Of a DNA stretch of 64,000 bases, positions 10,720 to 19,475 are shown in pieces; the first letter of the stretch is position 1, and each line of letters begins with the position of its first letter. A model generated the notes under the pieces. It was not told where the DNA came from. It worked only from the letters and a program-made list of their open reading frames with translations, and did no database searches. A program made the position numbers and the translations under genes. This DNA comes from Candidatus Magasanikiibacteriota bacterium (GTDB lineage: Bacteria; Patescibacteriota; Patescibacteriia; Magasanikbacterales; GWA2-37-8), in contig JBAYHH010000001.1 of the NCBI GenBank assembly GCA_041666265.1, positions 72,056-136,055 on the forward strand, in the 5' to 3' direction.

Positions 10720-10796
10720 AATTTTTAATTTGTAATTTTCAATTTTTAAATAATTTCCAATTTACAATATTCGAAATTCAAAATTCGAAATTCATC
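10720..10796. repeat. Degenerate heptamer tandem repeats
   Basis: AATTTNN x6 then ATTCGAA/ATTCAAA/ATTCGAA/ATTCATC. Confidence 0.7.
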
Positions 10797-10799
10797 AAT

Positions 10800-12170
10800 A
10801 TGGCTGATATCGAAAAAATAGTGTCGCTGTGTAAAAGAAGGGGATTTATCTTTCCGGGTTCGGAAATTTATGGCGGTCTCGCCAATACCTGGGATTACGG
10901 ACCGCTCGGGCATTTGCTCAAACAAAACATCAAGTCGCTTTGGTGGAAATTTTTCGTTCAACAGCGCGATGATATGGTGCCCTTGGACAGCGCCATCATC
11001 ATGAACCCGCGCGTTTGGGAGGCTTCCGGGCATTTACAAAATTTTTCAGACGCGCTCGTGGAGTGTAAGGAGTGCCATCATCGGTTTCGCGTCGATCATT
11101 TGCTCGCGGCCAAAGGCATCGAGCCCAAATATGACAAAGAAAAAGTCTTGGTGCCGTCCGAGGTCACTTGTCCGGATTGCGACGGTAGATTGACTGAGCC
11201 AAAGAATTTTAACCTGATGTTTAAGACTTTTATCGGTACCAATGAAGATAGCGCCACTACCGCGTATTTGCGTCCCGAGACCGCCGGTGGGATGTTTGTG
11301 AATTTTAAGAATGTTTTAGGCGTCACGCGCAAGCGCTTGCCGTTTGGTATTGCTCAAATCGGCAAATGCTTTCGCAATGAAATCACTCCCGGTAATTTTA
11401 TATTTCGCACCCGTGAGTTTGAGATCGGCGAGTTTGAATATTTTATCGACCCCAAAGATTGGGAAAAAGTATTTGAGATGTGGCTCGGTGAAATCCGCCG
11501 TTGGTGGAAAGACGCCATGCAGATCAATATGGACAATTTAGTGTGGCACGAGCTCTCGGAGGGCGACCGCGCTTTTTATAGCAAGCGCACGGTGGATATC
11601 GAATACAAATATCCGTTTGGGATTGGTGAGTTGCATGGCATCGCTTATCGCACTGATTATGATTTGTCGCGCCACGAAAAAGTGAGCGGACAGGATTTGC
11701 ACTACACCGATCCCGTGACTAACGAAAAATTTATTCCGCATGTGATCGAGCCCACTTTTGGCATCGATCGTATGTTACTCGTGGCGCTTCTCGAGGCTTA
11801 TCACGAAGAAGATGTGCCGACTGCCGATGAGGGTGAATCAGAAAAGCGTATTGTCATGAAATTTCCCAAACACCTCGCTCCGATCCAGGTGGCGGTGTTG
11901 CCGTTATCCAAAAAAGAACAGTTGTCATCGGTGGCCCGTGATTTGGCCAATGACCTGCGCGCGCTTTACTCGGTGGACTATGATGAGACCCAGAGTATCG
12001 GCAAGCGCTATCGTCGGCAGGATGAAATCGGCACGCCCTATTGCGTGACGGTGGATTTCGACAGTCTCGAAGATAAAAAAGTCACGGTGCGCGATCGCGA
12101 TACTATGAAGCAAGAGCGGGTGGCGATGGCGGAATTATTAAAATATTTACAAGCTAAATTTAATTCATAA
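10800..12170 (+). CDS. glyQS: Glycine--tRNA ligase (alpha2 type)
   Basis: YLRPETA, FRNEITPGNFIFRTREFE, SIGKRYRRQDEIGTP. Confidence 0.95.
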   Translation: MADIEKIVSLCKRRGFIFPGSEIYGGLANTWDYGPLGHLLKQNIKSLWWKFFVQQRDDMVPLDSAIIMNPRVWEASGHLQNFSDALVECKECHHRFRVDHLLAAKGIEPKYDKEKVLVPSEVTCPDCDGRLTEPKNFNLMFKTFIGTNEDSATTAYLRPETAGGMFVNFKNVLGVTRKRLPFGIAQIGKCFRNEITPGNFIFRTREFEIGEFEYFIDPKDWEKVFEMWLGEIRRWWKDAMQINMDNLVWHELSEGDRAFYSKRTVDIEYKYPFGIGELHGIAYRTDYDLSRHEKVSGQDLHYTDPVTNEKFIPHVIEPTFGIDRMLLVALLEAYHEEDVPTADEGESEKRIVMKFPKHLAPIQVAVLPLSKKEQLSSVARDLANDLRALYSVDYDETQSIGKRYRRQDEIGTPYCVTVDFDSLEDKKVTVRDRDTMKQERVAMAELLKYLQAKFNS

Positions 12171-12180
12171 TATTTATCAT

Positions 12181-12429
12181 ATGGGTTTTGATGCCAATGG
12201 CGAATTTACCATGCCTTCGCGCGAAGAATTAACAGGAAGATTGTCGTTGTTAAAAATGGACCTGGATAAAATTCTTGGGGCGGAAAATTATGCTGTTGAA
12301 TACGACAATTTGGCTAAACGAGTTGTGGTCAACGAACGCAATGTCGAGCTTGATCCCAATACACGCGCTCGGATTGAGCGCATTGAGTCGGAGTTGCAAG
12401 ATTGCAAAGATCTGTTTTTGGGTAAGTAA
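12181..12429 (+). CDS. Hypothetical protein (82 aa)
   Basis: Fills the gap between glyQS and the M16 peptidase with tight spacing. Confidence 0.6.
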   Translation: MGFDANGEFTMPSREELTGRLSLLKMDLDKILGAENYAVEYDNLAKRVVVNERNVELDPNTRARIERIESELQDCKDLFLGK

Positions 12430-12431
12430 AT

Positions 12432-13712
12432 ATGCACAAAATTTCTCAATTAAAAAATGGCATCAATTTGATCACAGTGCCGGTTTCAGGCACTCGAGCC
12501 ATCACTGTGTTGGCACTGTTTCCGGTCGGCTCGCGCTACGAGACTTCGGCGCTTTCCGGCGGGTCGCATTTTATCGAGCACATGATGTTTAAGGGCACCA
12601 GTCGTCGCCCCAACACCCAAGCCATCTCGCGTGAGCTTGATGCCGCCGGCGCCGAATACAACGCTTTTACATCCAAAGACCACACCGGATATTATATTAA
12701 AATCGATTCCGCTCAAAGCGAGCTGGCTTTTGACATGCTTTCGGACATGCTTTTTGACTCTTTGCTCGATGAGCAGGAGATCACCAAAGAAAAAGGCGTG
12801 ATAGTGGAGGAGTTGCGCATGTATGAGGACAATCCCACCATGAGCGTTGATTCGCTATTTGACCAAGTTAGCTTCTCCGGCAATCAGCTTGGTGTTGACA
12901 TTGGCGGCACGGTCGAGAGTGTGCGCGCGCTTAAACGCGACGATTTGCTGGATTATTATCACCGCGCTTATCGACCGAGCAATATGGTGCTCGTAGTGGC
13001 GGGAAATATCAATGCCGCAAAATTGCGTACGGATTTAAAATATTTTGAAAATATCAAAGTGACCCGCGGTGACAAATTTAATCACAAACAATTCGATACT
13101 TTTTCTTGGACTGGTAACTTGTCGGCCGAAAAAAGAGCCAGCGCCAAAGAGCGCAAACTCGATCAGATGCATCTGATACTCGGATTTCCGGGTTTGCCTC
13201 AAAATCACCCGGATCGCTTCGCGCAATCAGTTTTATTAAATATTTTGGGCGGCACCATGAGTTCGCGTTTATTTGAGGAAGTGCGCAATAAACGCGGATT
13301 ATGTTATATGGTGCATGCGAGCGGCAATAGTTTTCGCGATGCCGGCACGGTGCAAATTCAAGCCGGGCTTGATCCGGCCCGTTTACCGGAAGCAATCGCG
13401 GTGATCAAAGACGAATTAAAAAAGATCGCGGAGAAACCGGTGTCAAGTAAAGAACTGTGTGAAGCCAAATCAAATTTTTCCGGTCGCCTGGTGCTCGGAA
13501 TGGAAGAGAGTAGCGCGATGGCTGATTGGTTCGCCAAACAATTTTGGTTCGCGAAAAAAATTCAGACTTATGAACAGGTGCTCGTAAATATCAAAAAAGT
13601 TTCCACCGGCGATGTTGCCCGTCTTGCCAAAAAATTATTTGTCTGGGGCGAGGCGCGTCTCGCGGTGATCGGCAGTGCAGATAAATCAGCCGTCATTAAT
13701 TTACTAAAATGA
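12432..13712 (+). CDS. M16 (pitrilysin) family zinc peptidase
   Basis: HFIEHMMFKG, NAFTS, SSRLFEEVRNKRGLCY. Confidence 0.92.
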   Translation: MHKISQLKNGINLITVPVSGTRAITVLALFPVGSRYETSALSGGSHFIEHMMFKGTSRRPNTQAISRELDAAGAEYNAFTSKDHTGYYIKIDSAQSELAFDMLSDMLFDSLLDEQEITKEKGVIVEELRMYEDNPTMSVDSLFDQVSFSGNQLGVDIGGTVESVRALKRDDLLDYYHRAYRPSNMVLVVAGNINAAKLRTDLKYFENIKVTRGDKFNHKQFDTFSWTGNLSAEKRASAKERKLDQMHLILGFPGLPQNHPDRFAQSVLLNILGGTMSSRLFEEVRNKRGLCYMVHASGNSFRDAGTVQIQAGLDPARLPEAIAVIKDELKKIAEKPVSSKELCEAKSNFSGRLVLGMEESSAMADWFAKQFWFAKKIQTYEQVLVNIKKVSTGDVARLAKKLFVWGEARLAVIGSADKSAVINLLK

Positions 13713-13719
13713 CACGCGT

Positions 13720-14502
13720 ATGAAGGACAAAATTTATTTATTTGCCAACTGGAAAATGTATTTGGATTTTGACGAGAGTAATATTTTGGCCAATGGGCTG
13801 GCCGGCGAAGCAAAAAAATTTGGCCATGAAATCAAAATGGCCATATTCCCGAGCACGCTCTCGCTCTATACCGCGGGACAAGTATTGCGCGATGTGGGAG
13901 TGGGTGTGGGGCCGCAAAATGTTTTTTGGGTGGATAAAGGCGGTTATACCGGTGAGATTTCCGCTTCAATGTATAAAACCGCCGGTTGTGATTACGCGCT
14001 TGTCGGCCACAGCGAACGCCGTCAGCAGTTCCACGAGACCAACCATGAAGTGCGTCAAAAAATGGATGCTTGTTTGTCGGTCGGATTGACACCGGTGCTT
14101 TGCGTCGGCGAGACTCTCAAAGAACGCGAAGCCGGCACAACCGCAGAAGTGGTGGAGATTCAATTGCGTAGCGCTCTCGATAATATTTCTTGGCCCAAGA
14201 ATGTAGCCTTGATCATTGCCTATGAGCCGGTATGGGCTATTAGCAAGGGGGCCGGAGCGGGAGAAGAGGGTCGGCACTGCGACGACATAGAAGCGGAAAA
14301 GATGCATCGACTCATCAAAAAAATTGTGAAAAATTTATTGCCAAATATGGAGCCGGCCGTATTGTTTGGCGGTAGTGTCCGACCAAATACCACCGCTTAC
14401 TATCTTAATCAGCCGTCGATTGATGGCGTCCTCGTGGGCGCGGCTTCGACCAAATTGGACAGTTGGCTTGAAATTGTCAAAAATGCCGGCGCATTGGTTT
14501 AG
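13720..14502 (+). CDS. tpiA: Triosephosphate isomerase
   Basis: NWKM, GHSERR, AYEPVWAI, GGSV. Confidence 0.93.
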   Translation: MKDKIYLFANWKMYLDFDESNILANGLAGEAKKFGHEIKMAIFPSTLSLYTAGQVLRDVGVGVGPQNVFWVDKGGYTGEISASMYKTAGCDYALVGHSERRQQFHETNHEVRQKMDACLSVGLTPVLCVGETLKEREAGTTAEVVEIQLRSALDNISWPKNVALIIAYEPVWAISKGAGAGEEGRHCDDIEAEKMHRLIKKIVKNLLPNMEPAVLFGGSVRPNTTAYYLNQPSIDGVLVGAASTKLDSWLEIVKNAGALV

Positions 14503-14535
14503 TTAATATTTTTGTAATTCTGAATTAGTGTGTAT

Positions 14536-15402
14536 ATGTTAAATAAAATCGGCTGGGGGATGGTACTACTGATAGTAGTCGCTTTAGGGGGTGCTTGGTT
14601 TTTTCAAAAATATCAAATCGTGTCGCGTCCGCAGGCTTTAGATAGCGCGGCGGTGGCGCCCGCCGAAAATAATATTGCCACCCCCACTTCAACCGAGCAA
14701 ATCGCGCTGGCTCCACTTGACGCGGTCATTCAGTTTGCTTCGTTAGATATGAGCGAAGAGACCGCTTCCGGTACTATTCGCGCGTTTTATCCCCAAATAA
14801 TCAATCCGGCGACTGATGGGCAAAAGAAATTCAACGATACCATCAAGGCGATGGTGGAAAATTTCGTCGCGCAGTTTAAAAAAGAGTCTTTGTCCGCCAT
14901 TGATATTTCCGGCGCTAAAAATTCTTTTACCTGGGCGTATGATTTGAAATATCAGGACAAAAATCTGATCAGCGTCCTCATGAGCGGCGAGCAATATATT
15001 TCCGGTTCCGCTCATCCCTCGCATCCGATGACGGTATTAAATTTTGATTTGACTACCGGCAAGATTATTACGCTTGCGGATATTTTTCAGCCGGAAGCGA
15101 AATATTTGGATACTTTATCCAATTTTTCTCGCCAAGAGCTTGAGACTCGCAATGCCAAAAGTAAATTTACCGATGAAAAGGATATTTTGTCCGGGACCAA
15201 GCCCAAAGATGAAAATTTTGCGATGTTTAATTTGTCGGCGGACGGGCTGGTGATTTCATTTCCCGAATATCAAGTGGCTCCATATGTCGCGGGCATATCG
15301 GTAGTTACTATGCCTTGGTCGGGGCTAAAGGATATTTTGGCGGATAAGGCGCCTTTCAAATGGTTTGCTTCCTCGACTTCTTCGCCGGTTTCGAATAATT
15401 GA
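14536..15402 (+). CDS. DUF3298/RsiV-like exported protein
   Basis: N-terminal TM; GSAHP, NFDLTTGK.ITLADIF, FPEYQVAPYVAG. Confidence 0.8.
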   Translation: MLNKIGWGMVLLIVVALGGAWFFQKYQIVSRPQALDSAAVAPAENNIATPTSTEQIALAPLDAVIQFASLDMSEETASGTIRAFYPQIINPATDGQKKFNDTIKAMVENFVAQFKKESLSAIDISGAKNSFTWAYDLKYQDKNLISVLMSGEQYISGSAHPSHPMTVLNFDLTTGKIITLADIFQPEAKYLDTLSNFSRQELETRNAKSKFTDEKDILSGTKPKDENFAMFNLSADGLVISFPEYQVAPYVAGISVVTMPWSGLKDILADKAPFKWFASSTSSPVSNN

Positions 15403-15431
15403 TGAATTATCAGGGCTGTTTATTGTTTGCG

Positions 15432-15461
15432 CAAAAAAATCACCTCGCGGTGATTTTTTTG
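15432..15461. terminator. Bidirectional terminator
   Basis: CAAAAAAATCACC-TCGC-GGTGATTTTTTTG. Confidence 0.8.
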
Positions 15462-15462
15462 T

Positions 15463-15538
15463 TGGTGGGTCGGCCGGGGCTCGAACCCGGGACCATCTCC
15501 TTAAAAGGGAGCCGCTCTACCAGCTGAGCTACCAACCC
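15463..15538 (-). tRNA. tRNA-Lys(UUU)
   Basis: Cloverleaf GGGTTGG...CCGACCC-ACCA; anticodon loop CTTTTAA; encoded CCA. Confidence 0.95.
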
Positions 15539-15654
15539 GTTTTCTCGTAAAATCAATGGTTTTTTACCATTGGACTACGCGCGGAATATATGTTACACTA
15601 ATTATCGGGGGAAATCAAGCCCCTTTCAGTGGATAACTCATTCTAACATTTTTT

Positions 15655-16227
15655 ATGTTATCAAAAACCTACATTCAAAAAATCAAAAAAGAGTATCTCG
15701 ATTACGCGGAAAAACGCCGTGATGTGATTAAATTTTCGGGTGACGCGCTCCATTGCGCCAAGCGCGCGATTTTTGCCATGCACCGCCGCGAGACCGATGA
15801 TGCCGGGTCGCGTTTGGCCGAGGCCGAAAAAATCCTTAAACAATTAAATCAAGATTTTTCCGGACAAAATGAATTGTTTGACGAGGGTTCGTATCGCGCC
15901 GCTCTCGAGGAATATGTCGAAGCGAAATTATTTTGTGAATTTGTCATGACCGGAAAAATGAGCGAAATTGACGCCATGCCGGTCGATAGCGATGTTTTTT
16001 TGGCCGGGCTATGCGATGTGCCGGGAGAGCTTTGTCGCTATGCGGTCAATAGCGCCACCAATCGTCAGTTTGACACTGTGGCCAAATGCAAAACTGCCGC
16101 CGAAGAAATTATCGGCGAGCTAATGGAGTTTGATTTGACATCCTATCTGCGCAATAAATTTGATCAAGCCAAAGGCGCGCTTAATAAAATCGAGCAGATC
16201 GTTTACGAAGTGAGTTTGAAAAAGTAG
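15655..16227 (+). CDS. Translin/TRAX-family protein
   Basis: AKRAIFAMHR, LEEYVEA, FLAGLCDVPGELCR, LRNKFD motifs. Confidence 0.85.
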   Translation: MLSKTYIQKIKKEYLDYAEKRRDVIKFSGDALHCAKRAIFAMHRRETDDAGSRLAEAEKILKQLNQDFSGQNELFDEGSYRAALEEYVEAKLFCEFVMTGKMSEIDAMPVDSDVFLAGLCDVPGELCRYAVNSATNRQFDTVAKCKTAAEEIIGELMEFDLTSYLRNKFDQAKGALNKIEQIVYEVSLKK

Positions 16228-16228
16228 C

Positions 16229-17530
16229 ATGAAATTAATTAAAAAAATATATCATTTTATTATTCCCATGCTCGCGGATTGGTTTTATGGTTGTCCCGGA
16301 AAAAAAATGATTGTGATCGGCGTCACCGGCACCAAGGGTAAATCCACCACTTGTCGCTTTGTCGCGTCCGCGCTCATGGCCGGCGGATACAGAGTCGGCG
16401 TTCTTTCCACGGTTGAGTTTCAGATTGGCGATCGACGCGTACTCAATGATAAAAAAATGTCGATGCTGGGCCGGGGCCAAATCCAAAAAATGATGGCCGA
16501 TATGGTCAAAGCCGGATGCCAATACGCGGTGATCGAGACTTCGTCGGAGGGTATTTTACAGTATCGTCACCTGGGGGTTCATTATGATATTGCGGTATTT
16601 ACCAATCTCGGCACCGAGCACAATGAGCGCCACGGCGGTTTTGACAACCTCAAGCGCGATAAAGGAAAATTATTCGCGTCTTTGCGCGGGAGCCGCAAAA
16701 AATTATTTGGTTCAATAATTAAAAAAATCGTTATTGCCAATGCCGACGATGGCCAGGCGTTATTTTATTTGAATTATGAGAGCGATGATAAATATTCATA
16801 TTCGGTTTCGGGATCCGGTATTCATGGCGTTAAAAATTTTAAAGCGGAAAGTGTAAAGCCATTGTCCGATGGGGTGGAGTTTATTTTGGGTGGACAAAAT
16901 TATCGTTTGAATATCCCGGGCGATTTTAATGTGTATAACGCGATGGCCGCTATCACGGTGGCATTGTCGCAAAACATTCCACCGGAAAAAATTGCCGTTG
17001 GACTCGCGTCGGTAAAGAAACTCGAAGGCCGGATGGAGTTTGTCGAAGCCGGGCAAAATTTTAAAGTTATTGTCGATTACGCGCATGAGCCGATTTCTTA
17101 CACGGCTTTGTTTACCACGATGCGCCAACTCGCCGGGGTAAATGGGCGCACGCTCGCGATCATCGGGTCGGACGGAGGCGGGCGCGATATCGGCAAACGC
17201 CGTCAAATGGGACAAATAGCCGGAGAAATTTGCGATATTGTGATTGTCTCCGATGTGAATTGTTTTGACGAAGATCCTCATGCCATCGCGGAGATGCTCG
17301 CCGGCGGGGCGCGCACGGCCGGCAAGCGAGATGGCCAAAATTTATTTATCGAGATTGATCGCGGTCAGGCGATCGAATTGGCTGTTAAAATGGCTCGAGC
17401 CGGTGATGTAGTCGCGATTACCGCCAAGGGCACCGAGCCGCATATCGCCGTGGCCAAAGGCCAAAAAATTCCTTGGAGTGATTACGACATGGCGCGAAAA
17501 GCGTTAATAAATATTGGCGAAAAAAAATAA
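16229..17530 (+). CDS. murE: Mur ligase, MurE-like
   Basis: GVTGTKGKSTT, ETSSEG, FTNL, GRME, DYAH. Confidence 0.88.
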   Translation: MKLIKKIYHFIIPMLADWFYGCPGKKMIVIGVTGTKGKSTTCRFVASALMAGGYRVGVLSTVEFQIGDRRVLNDKKMSMLGRGQIQKMMADMVKAGCQYAVIETSSEGILQYRHLGVHYDIAVFTNLGTEHNERHGGFDNLKRDKGKLFASLRGSRKKLFGSIIKKIVIANADDGQALFYLNYESDDKYSYSVSGSGIHGVKNFKAESVKPLSDGVEFILGGQNYRLNIPGDFNVYNAMAAITVALSQNIPPEKIAVGLASVKKLEGRMEFVEAGQNFKVIVDYAHEPISYTALFTTMRQLAGVNGRTLAIIGSDGGGRDIGKRRQMGQIAGEICDIVIVSDVNCFDEDPHAIAEMLAGGARTAGKRDGQNLFIEIDRGQAIELAVKMARAGDVVAITAKGTEPHIAVAKGQKIPWSDYDMARKALINIGEKK

Positions 17531-17582
17531 TTGTGATATAATTGTTTTGAACAAAATCCGGTTTTGATTTTTGAGTTTAATT

Positions 17583-17984
17583 ATGCCGTCTAATCGCGAA
17601 GGCAAGTGGAAAAATTTTTTTTGGTCGCGCTGGTTCATTTTGATGGCCGGAATTTTGTTGATTTTAGTTGCTTTTGCTTTTGGCCGAGCGTATTATCGCG
17701 ATTATTTAGTAGGTCAAGAAATCAAGCGTTTGCAAAGCGAGGTTAATCGATTGGAATCAAAAAAACTGGAGACGGTGGAGGTTTTGAAATATGTTCAGTC
17801 GCCGGCATTTGTGGAGCAAAAGGCGCGGCTGGAATTAAATATGGTCAAACCGGGCGAACAGGTCGCTATTATTGATGGTCAAACTGAATATCAAAACACC
17901 ACTGGACAAGCAACCGCGAAAATGTTAGAATTTAATAAATTGTCCCATCCGTTACAATGGTGGCGGTTTTTTACGGGACGATAA
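17583..17984 (+). CDS. Septum formation initiator (FtsB/DivIC family)
   Basis: TM plus coiled coil plus EQKARLELNMVKPGE. Confidence 0.85.
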   Translation: MPSNREGKWKNFFWSRWFILMAGILLILVAFAFGRAYYRDYLVGQEIKRLQSEVNRLESKKLETVEVLKYVQSPAFVEQKARLELNMVKPGEQVAIIDGQTEYQNTTGQATAKMLEFNKLSHPLQWWRFFTGR

Positions 17985-17994
17985 TTTTTTTACT

Positions 17995-19017
17995 ATGGAT
18001 AATCAAATGGATAGCAAGGTTTCGAAAAATGTAAAGTTATTTTTGTTTGGGTTTGCCGGATTGCTGATCACGGCGCTCGTGCTTGTTGTCGGTGTATCGG
18101 CATATCGCGTTTATCATGCGGCCGCGAGCGACCGTTTTACGGTGACCGTCGCCAAGGCATTGCGTTTTCCGGCGTTTAAAGTGGGTGATAAAACTGTTTT
18201 ATACTCCGATTATGTCGAGGATTTGGCCGCTATTCATGTGATGCGCGATTTTGACAAAAATAATGGCGGACAAGGAGCGAGTCTGACCGAGGAACAAATG
18301 TCTGACCAAGTGCTTTGGCGTCTCGCCAACAATGTTTTGATCAAGCAGGCCGCTTTGCAAAATAAAGTAACGGTCGAAGATAAAGATATTGAAGCGATTA
18401 AGAGCCAAGTGCTTCAGCAATTTAAAACAACCGCCGAAGCCGAAACCGAACTTAAACGCCGTTATGGCTGGGATATGGATACTTATGACAAAAAAGTGAT
18501 TCGACCGTATGTTTTGCAAAATAAATTATCCGAAGCGATCGGCACTAATAATCAAGCGCGCGAAATGATGCGTGCCAAGGCGCAAGTGGTTCTCGATGAA
18601 ATCAAAAAAGGAGCGGATTTTGCCACCGAAGCGAAAAAATACGGTAGTGACGGCACCAAAGAAAATGGCGGTGACCTTGGTTGGTTTGGCCGAGGTGATA
18701 TGGTGCCGCAGTTTGAGGAAGCGGCGTTTGCTTTGAAAAAAGGCGAGCTGTCGCCGGAATTGGTAGAGACATCGTATGGTTATCATATCATCAAGCTCGT
18801 CGATACGCGCACTGAAAAAACCAAAGACGAGAAAGGTAAATCAGTGGACACCCCTCAAGTGCGCGCGAGTCACATTTTATTTCCTTTTCCGACCCTGACG
18901 ACTTATCTTGACGAGATTGTCAACAAAGCAAATTTTCATTTGTATCTCAATGTGCACAATCCGTTTGCGGAGTTAAAGAAACAAAAAGCCGCCGCTGCCA
19001 GCTCAACCAATCAATAA
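17995..19017 (+). CDS. PrsA/SurA-like parvulin peptidyl-prolyl isomerase
   Basis: GGDLGWF, MVPQFEEAAF, ETSYGYHII, ASHIL. Confidence 0.9.
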   Translation: MDNQMDSKVSKNVKLFLFGFAGLLITALVLVVGVSAYRVYHAAASDRFTVTVAKALRFPAFKVGDKTVLYSDYVEDLAAIHVMRDFDKNNGGQGASLTEEQMSDQVLWRLANNVLIKQAALQNKVTVEDKDIEAIKSQVLQQFKTTAEAETELKRRYGWDMDTYDKKVIRPYVLQNKLSEAIGTNNQAREMMRAKAQVVLDEIKKGADFATEAKKYGSDGTKENGGDLGWFGRGDMVPQFEEAAFALKKGELSPELVETSYGYHIIKLVDTRTEKTKDEKGKSVDTPQVRASHILFPFPTLTTYLDEIVNKANFHLYLNVHNPFAELKKQKAAAASSTNQ

Positions 19018-19079
19018 TTATTACAGTTTTTAGGGTTTATAGGGGCTTCGACCACATCGAGGCCCCTTTGAAACCAAAT

Positions 19080-19150
19080 GCGGGATTAGTACATCGGTAG
19101 TATGCGTCCTTCCCAAGGATGAGAGGCCGGTTCGATTCCGGTATCCCGCT
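19080..19150 (+). tRNA. tRNA-Gly(CCC)
   Basis: GCGGGAT...ATCCCGC-T cloverleaf; anticodon loop TTCCCAA; no encoded CCA. Confidence 0.93.
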
Positions 19151-19258
19151 CGATTCGGTAAACGACGGAATGGCTAAAATTTGGTAAAATATACCCATAT
19201 TGTGGACACCTGTGGATAAGCGGGTATAGATATTCCAATATCACTATTATTATATCAC

Positions 19259-19468
19259 ATGGCAAATAAACTTCCAAATATCGCCAGAAACATTAAGAAG
19301 TTGCGAAAAGAAAAAGGACTCTCGCAAGATCGTCTTTCAAAAATGGCGGATATAGCCCATCCGACCATTATTAAAATCGAATCCGGCGCAATCCAAAGCC
19401 CGACGGTTGAAACCGCGCAACGAATCGCGCGTGCGTTGGGTGTTGGAATTGATGACTTAATGAAATAA
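19259..19468 (+). CDS. XRE-family HTH regulator (probable R-M controller protein)
   Basis: IKKLRKEKGLSQDRLS...IESG...PTVET...IARALGV; first gene of the R-M operon. Confidence 0.85.
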   Translation: MANKLPNIARNIKKLRKEKGLSQDRLSKMADIAHPTIIKIESGAIQSPTVETAQRIARALGVGIDDLMK

Positions 19469-19475
19469 TTTTTAT

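Noticed and set aside
19041-19069. Hairpin just before tRNA-Gly as a novel RNA
   Set aside because: Single simple stem after the PPIase stop, adequately explained as a terminator or processing stem
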